DNA of 11,155 nucleotides from Candidatus Aenigmatarchaeota archaeon. GTDB taxonomy: Archaea; Aenigmatarchaeota; Aenigmatarchaeia; QMZP01. Each line of letters starts with the position of its first letter. The stretch's first letter is position 1. The position numbers and the translations under genes were made by a program. The notes below the pieces were generated by a model. That model saw nothing but the letters and a program-made list of their open reading frames with translations. It made no database searches and was not told the origin of the DNA. The stretch is taken from positions 1 to 11,155 of the forward strand of contig JAWCLA010000025.1 of NCBI GenBank assembly GCA_039091855.1. The letters are read 5' to 3'. Shown here one piece after another: positions 7,626 through 11,155 of this stretch.

Positions 7626-8069
7626 TTGCGCCTTTGGTCAATTCATCCCAAATATTTGGACAGGGCAGGTCTTTTGGCTGTGTGGAGGGAAGGTTTGCTT
7701 GCCAAGAAAGTCATCCAAAACAAAACAAAAGGTTACAAAAAGCATCCACAATTGGTTCGGTTCAAAAAGTGCAAAGACCCCGTTTTTGCGATAGAATGCT
7801 ATCTTTTTGAGATATACAAGGAGGCTGAAAGAAGGGGCTACAATTTTGACATTAAAAAAATAAATCGTCCTGAAGAAAGCTGCAAACCAAAGGGGCTGAT
7901 AAGCGTAACCTCAGGGCAGGCTGAGTTCGAATTCAGGCACTTACTGAAGAAGCTAAAAACGAGGGACAAGCCAATATTCGATAAAATAAAAAACACCAAG
8001 GAAATAGAATTGAATCCGATTTTCATAAAAATTCCAGGAAAAAAGGAAAGTTGGGAAAAGGGTTCGTAA
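7626..8069 (+). CDS. Pyrimidine dimer DNA glycosylase / T4 endonuclease V family protein
   Basis: N-terminus MRLWSIHPKYLDRAGLLAVWREGLLA, then GYKKHPQLVRF, EAERRGYNFD and VTSGQAEFEFRHL. TTG start preceded by GGGGA, 10 bp after the tspO stop. Confidence 0.88.
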   Translation: MRLWSIHPKYLDRAGLLAVWREGLLAKKVIQNKTKGYKKHPQLVRFKKCKDPVFAIECYLFEIYKEAERRGYNFDIKKINRPEESCKPKGLISVTSGQAEFEFRHLLKKLKTRDKPIFDKIKNTKEIELNPIFIKIPGKKESWEKGS

Positions 8070-8108
8070 TAATTTTTCACTCGCAAAAAATCAATATCAA
8101 AAATATGA

Positions 8109-8151
8109 AAAGGAGCCCTTATCCACGAACATCGCGATAAGCGGCTCCTTT
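8109..8151. terminator. Stem-loop downstream of the tspO/glycosylase pair; possible terminator or 3' stabilising hairpin
   Basis: AAAGGAGCC(8109-8117)+CTTATC(8118-8123) pair with GATAAG(8136-8141)+GGCTCCTTT(8143-8151), with one bulged C; followed by a pyrimidine tract. Confidence 0.5.
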
Positions 8152-8229
8152 CCTCTCCCCTCTCCCCTTAGCGGTACTAATTTATATGTATGAGGATATT
8201 TAAATACTTTTCTGTCCCAAAATTATTAC

Positions 8230-8271
8230 AGAAACCTTTATTTCCTATGGAGAAAGGTTTATTTCCAATGG
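8230..8271. promoter_or_regulatory. Tandem 21-bp imperfect repeat with internal dyads, putative operator upstream of trkH
   Basis: AGAAACCTTTATTTCCTATGG / AGAAAGGTTTATTTCCAATGG, 18 of 21 identical. Confidence 0.4.
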
Positions 8272-8308
8272 AATTTTTTTGATTGCAAAATCCGCACTGC
8301 TTATTGAT

Positions 8309-8315
8309 TTTTATA
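8309..8315 (+). promoter_or_regulatory. Putative TATA box for trkH
   Basis: TTTTATA 23-29 nt upstream of ATG 8338. Confidence 0.45.
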
Positions 8316-8337
8316 CCCCAAACCTCAATAAAATAGT

Positions 8338-9732
8338 ATGGAATTCCGCTCAATTCTTTCCTATTTGGGAACAGTGCTGGAAATAAACGGAATATTGGCA
8401 ATATTGCCAGTTTTCGTTTCTTGGATATATAACGAGAGCACTCACACGCTGTTTTTTGTTACCGCTGTGATATCCTTCATATCAGGAATAGCTATTGACA
8501 GGAAGTTCAGGAAGAAGGAACTTGGCATAAGCTCTGCAATGGTTCTGGCGAGCGTGAGCCTGATAACAGTTTCGCTTGTCGGTGCAATACCATTTCTCTG
8601 GAATCTAAGTCCATTGGACGCTGTTTTTGAGAGCGTCTCCGGTTTTACAACAACAGCCTTTACCACCGTAAAGCCTGAAAGCCTGCCTTATTCAATTGTT
8701 TTCTGGAGGTCGCTTATGCAATGGGCAGGTGGGTTGGGGACAGTGATTATTTTTATTCATCTTGCAATTTCTCCCGGAATTTCCTCTTATTATGGAAGGA
8801 AGCCCGAAATTGATGAGGCAAGAAAAAAACTACTGCCAAAAAAGGCAGCCTTCATTTATGTTGGCATAACTTTTGTCGGTTTTGTTCTGCTTTTGCTGAC
8901 AGGAATTGGTGCTTTTGATTCTGCCGTGACAAGCATGTCTTCTGTTTCAACAGGAGGGTTTTCAGCAAAAAATGACTCCATAGGTGCTTACAACAACATA
9001 TGGGTTGAGGCAGTGGCGATTTTCCTTATGATAGCAGGTGCCACATCCTTACTGCTTATTGAGGGTTTCACTAGGGGAAGGGTTTTTGAATACCTCAAAA
9101 GCGCTGAAACAAGGCTTTTCTGGGTTTTGATATTCATTTTCACTATATTCCTTTCCTTCTCAATGGTTGCGCAGGAGCCTGTTAGAGCTGCTCTGTTCAC
9201 TACGATTTCAGCAATCACAACAACAGGCTTCTCAACACATTCCACATACTCAGGCCTTTCCATGCTACTGATTATAGTTTTGATGATAATAGGAGGCTAT
9301 GGGGCATCAACAGCAGGAGGGATTAAGCTTTGCAGAACAGGAATAATTGGAAAATCATTCCCCTGGATAGGCAAGAAAATCACGCTTCCGCAGGAGGCTG
9401 TCGTTCCTCTGAAATATGACGAAAGGGTGATAAGGGATTCTGAAGTCACGACCATTGCCATTTTCGTTTCAATATACGTTCTCTTCCTTTTCGGGACAGC
9501 AGTACTACTTAGCTTTATGGGATATCCGCCGCTCGAATCGATTTTTCAGGCAGCATCGGCGCAGGGAAACGTTGGGCTTTCCGCAATTCCCATTGAAAGC
9601 ATAAACCCGCTTGGAAAGGTAGTATTGATGTGCAGCATGGTCATAGGCAGGCTCGAGATATTCCCTGTGCTGGGGTTTCTATACATTCTTGTTAAAACAA
9701 GGATTGGAAGAAAGGAAATAATTAGTGGGTAA
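8338..9732 (+). CDS. trkH: TrkH family potassium uptake membrane subunit
   Basis: Four pore-loop motifs (FESVSGFTTTAF, SVSTGGFS, AITTTGFS, SAQGNVGLS) plus FWRSLMQWAGGLG, STAGGIK and MVIGRLEIFP. Confidence 0.94.
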   Translation: MEFRSILSYLGTVLEINGILAILPVFVSWIYNESTHTLFFVTAVISFISGIAIDRKFRKKELGISSAMVLASVSLITVSLVGAIPFLWNLSPLDAVFESVSGFTTTAFTTVKPESLPYSIVFWRSLMQWAGGLGTVIIFIHLAISPGISSYYGRKPEIDEARKKLLPKKAAFIYVGITFVGFVLLLLTGIGAFDSAVTSMSSVSTGGFSAKNDSIGAYNNIWVEAVAIFLMIAGATSLLLIEGFTRGRVFEYLKSAETRLFWVLIFIFTIFLSFSMVAQEPVRAALFTTISAITTTGFSTHSTYSGLSMLLIIVLMIIGGYGASTAGGIKLCRTGIIGKSFPWIGKKITLPQEAVVPLKYDERVIRDSEVTTIAIFVSIYVLFLFGTAVLLSFMGYPPLESIFQAASAQGNVGLSAIPIESINPLGKVVLMCSMVIGRLEIFPVLGFLYILVKTRIGRKEIISG

Positions 9733-9917
9733 AATCTTGGTTACTCTGCAATCTTTAGCCAGAAGATAGTTGGTAGTGTCAATATTACATATGCGTCATC
9801 CATCGAAACAGTGGAATTTCCGCCTCTATACAACTTACTTTATTTTTCTGTAAAAATCCAGGTGGATATATAAATACATAGATGTTATTTTACATATTTG
9901 AAATGGAGGTGGGCAAT

Positions 9918-10205
9918 ATGATGTCCGAAATACCGAAAAGCCTTTCAAAGGTGAGGCAGGAAGAGCTAAACAAGGAGATACTCAGGGTTGGAATGATAGC
10001 TGAGCTTGACGCAGTTAATCTCTATGAGCAGTTGGCTGCAATGACGACAAACGCTGACATAAGGAAGGTCCTTATGGACATAGCGAAAGAGGAGAAGACC
10101 CACATAGCAGAGTTTGAGACAATGCTCTTGAGGATGGACAAGGAACAGGTTCAGGAACACGAGAATGGAAGGAAGGAGGTTGAGGAGCTGACAGGAAAGA
10201 AATAA
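9918..10205 (+). CDS. Small ferritin-like (rubrerythrin/encapsulated-ferritin Flp-type) protein, ~95 aa
   Basis: IAELDAVNLYEQ and DIAKEEKTHIAEF di-iron ligand pattern. SD GGAGGTG at 9905-9911 supports a start at 9918 or 9921; TATATAAA at 9867-9874. Confidence 0.88.
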   Translation: MMSEIPKSLSKVRQEELNKEILRVGMIAELDAVNLYEQLAAMTTNADIRKVLMDIAKEEKTHIAEFETMLLRMDKEQVQEHENGRKEVEELTGKK

Positions 10206-10390
10206 ATCCTGTCAGTATTATTTTTTGCTTTGTAATGCAATTCAATAATGATTTATCTCACCCACTTACACGCTTCTAAAATTAAGTATATAAAACCAAT
10301 TAATTATTTAATAGACTGACGACTTAATGTCATCCAACAAGTAGTTAGTGATTGCCTTGGTAGTGTAGCGGTCTAGCATATGGGACTGTC

Positions 10391-10574
10391 ATAACCTTTT
10401 CCTCAAGGGAAAAGCTTAACCAAAAGGGGAGGCTGAGGCCTTCCAACATTGGGAATAACCTTTTCCTCAAGGGAAAAGCTTAACCAAAAGGGGAGGCTGA
10501 GGCCTTCCAACATTGGGAATAACCTTTTCCTCAAGGGAAAAGCTTAACCAAAAGGGGAGGCTGAGGCCTTCCAA
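10391..10574 (+). repeat. 64-nt tandem repeat, two full copies plus a 56-nt third copy, inside tRNA intron 1
   Basis: Unit ATAACCTTTTCCTCAAGGGAAAAGCTTAACCAAAAGGGGAGGCTGAGGCCTTCCAACATTGGGA at 10391-10454 and 10455-10518; first 56 nt again at 10519-10574. No mismatches seen. Confidence 0.97.
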
Positions 10575-10599
10575 ATGAAATGAGAAAAAGGTTGTAGAG
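10392..10599 (+). other. tRNA intron 1 at canonical position 37/38, 208 nt
   Basis: BHB motif: TGGGA-CTGT-CA^T-AACCTTTTCCTCA paired with TGAGAAAAAGGTT-GTAG-AG^C-TCCCA. The central helix CTGT/GTAG has two G-U pairs; 12 of 13 pairs form in the intron helix. Confidence 0.88.
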
Positions 10600-10620
10600 C
10601 TCCCATGACCCGGGTTCAAA

Positions 10621-10702
10621 TCCACAAAGGGCTCCCTTTATTAATACAGGCAACTGATGCCCTTTTAGTATGTTCCAAAAATAAATAATGGTGTGGTGAC
10701 CA
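10621..10702 (+). other. tRNA intron 2 at non-canonical T-loop position 59/60, 82 nt
   Basis: Relaxed BHB: CCGGG-TTCA-AA^T-CCAC paired with GTGG-TGAC-CA^T-CCCGG (3 of 4 central pairs). Cutting after the second base of each bulge regenerates CCGGGTTCAAATCCCGG exactly. Confidence 0.85.
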
Positions 10703-10716
10703 TCCCGGCCAAGGCG

Positions 10717-11155
10717 TAGGGTCTCAGGTAAGACTCCCTCATCCATCGATAAATATTCGAAGACAAAAGGTCTACCATGGACCCTTACAACCAAATTTCA
10801 AACAAAATAAACAAGATTAAGGCTGATGATGGGATTACCCCTAAGAACAAGCTTCTCCTTGAGAAGTTCAGGGACTACTGCCTTGCCAACTCTTTATCTG
10901 TTAGGAGGATATTGAAATACCTGCACTACTTATCCGTCCATGCAAAGATTCTTGGGAAGGACTTCGATTCAGCAACAAAAGAGGACATCCAGCTTCTTGT
11001 TGCTGAGATAGAAAAGAAGGAATGGGCAGAATGGACAAAATACGACAACAAGATGATGATCAAGACTTTCTACAAGTGGCTTGAGGGAGATGGGGAGGCC
11101 TTCCCAAAGAAAGTTGCCTGGCTAAAGGCAAAAGTCAAAAGCAACAGGCTGATTG
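10717..11155 (+). mobile_element. Probable left boundary of an integrated element (provirus/plasmid/island) at tRNA-Asp
   Basis: An integrase-like gene starts 60 bp after the tRNA 3' end; the second att copy is not visible in the window. Confidence 0.6.
10777..11155 (+). CDS. Tyrosine recombinase/integrase, N-terminal (core-binding, SAM-like) part; runs off the window end
   Basis: Open frame from ATG 10777: MDPYNQISNKINKIKADDGITPKNKLLLEKFRDYCLANSLSVRRILKYLHYLSVHAKILGKDFDSATKEDIQLLVAEIEKKEWAEWTKYDNKMMIKTFYKWLEGDGEAFPKKVAWLKAKVKSNRLI. The LS..RI.KY / F..ATKEDI..LV..IE / WTK.D.K...K.FYKWL / P..V.W.K pattern is typical of archaeal tRNA-adjacent integrases. Catalytic residues lie outside the window. 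Confidence 0.8.
   Translation, partial: MDPYNQISNKINKIKADDGITPKNKLLLEKFRDYCLANSLSVRRILKYLHYLSVHAKILGKDFDSATKEDIQLLVAEIEKKEWAEWTKYDNKMMIKTFYKWLEGDGEAFPKKVAWLKAKVKSNRLI

Larger units (their letters stand above)
10354..10716 (+). tRNA. tRNA-Asp(GTC) with two introns; exons 10354-10391, 10600-10620, 10703-10716
   Basis: Joined exons give a 73-nt cloverleaf: GCCTTGG TA GTGT AGCGGTCTA GCAT A TGGGA CT GTC AC TCCCA TGAC CCGGG TTCAAAT CCCGG CCAAGGC G. Perfect acceptor, anticodon and T stems, anticodon GTC at 10388-10390, G73 discriminator as expected for Asp; CCA not encoded. Confidence 0.92.

Noticed and set aside
8177-8401. 74-aa minus-strand ORF with CGFC
   Set aside because: It overlaps the trkH start, has a single CxxC, and its NKPFSIG/NKGF repeat merely reflects the 21-bp DNA repeat.
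505-10160. Remaining short ORFs in the track that overlap the called genes (e.g. 1872-2405, 3821-4300, 6349-6864, 8988-9263, 9966-10160)
   Set aside because: They are antisense or alternate-frame shadows of well-supported genes with no family motifs.
10391-10574. CRISPR array
   Set aside because: The units are identical head-to-tail copies with an invariant 8-nt linker and no unique spacers, and no cas genes are in the window.
10621-10632. TCCACAAAGGGC as the direct 3' end of a single-intron or pseudo tRNA
   Set aside because: It pairs poorly with the T stem and acceptor stem; the perfect complement TCCCGGCCAAGGCG is at 10703-10716 behind a BHB-like junction.
10392-10702. Intron-encoded box C/D guide RNA
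   Set aside because: CTGA tetramers occur but I see no convincing RTGATGA box C in either intron.
10531-10794. 87-aa minus-strand ORF
   Set aside because: It is antisense to the tRNA exons and the integrase start, with no recognisable motif.

Overview
Archaeal chromosomal window. The AMP phosphorylase, TATA boxes about 23-29 nt before start codons, and BHB-type tRNA introns support this; a DPANN-like lineage is plausible but only inferred. Left to right: 5' part of a sugar-phosphate nucleotidyltransferase (-); an AT-rich Ogg2-like HhH DNA glycosylase (-); an unannotated 45-aa single-pass membrane protein (-); AMP phosphorylase (-); a ~718-aa secreted, C-terminally anchored protein of Cys-stapled Ig-like repeats (+); a duplicated 71-bp structured element; an unannotated 44-aa four-Cys mini-protein resembling HpdC/BssC Fe-S subunits (-), translationally coupled to an SdpI/DUF1648 membrane protein (-); carbamate kinase, TspO, pyrimidine-dimer glycosylase, TrkH (Gly->Ala in the first filter motif) and a ferritin-like protein (all +). 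The most striking locus is at the right end. A tRNA-Asp(GTC) gene is split into three exons by a 208-nt intron at 37/38, filled almost entirely by a 64-nt tandem repeat, and an 82-nt intron at the non-canonical T-loop position 59/60. The start of a tyrosine-integrase-like gene follows 60 bp later, probably the boundary of an element integrated at this tRNA.
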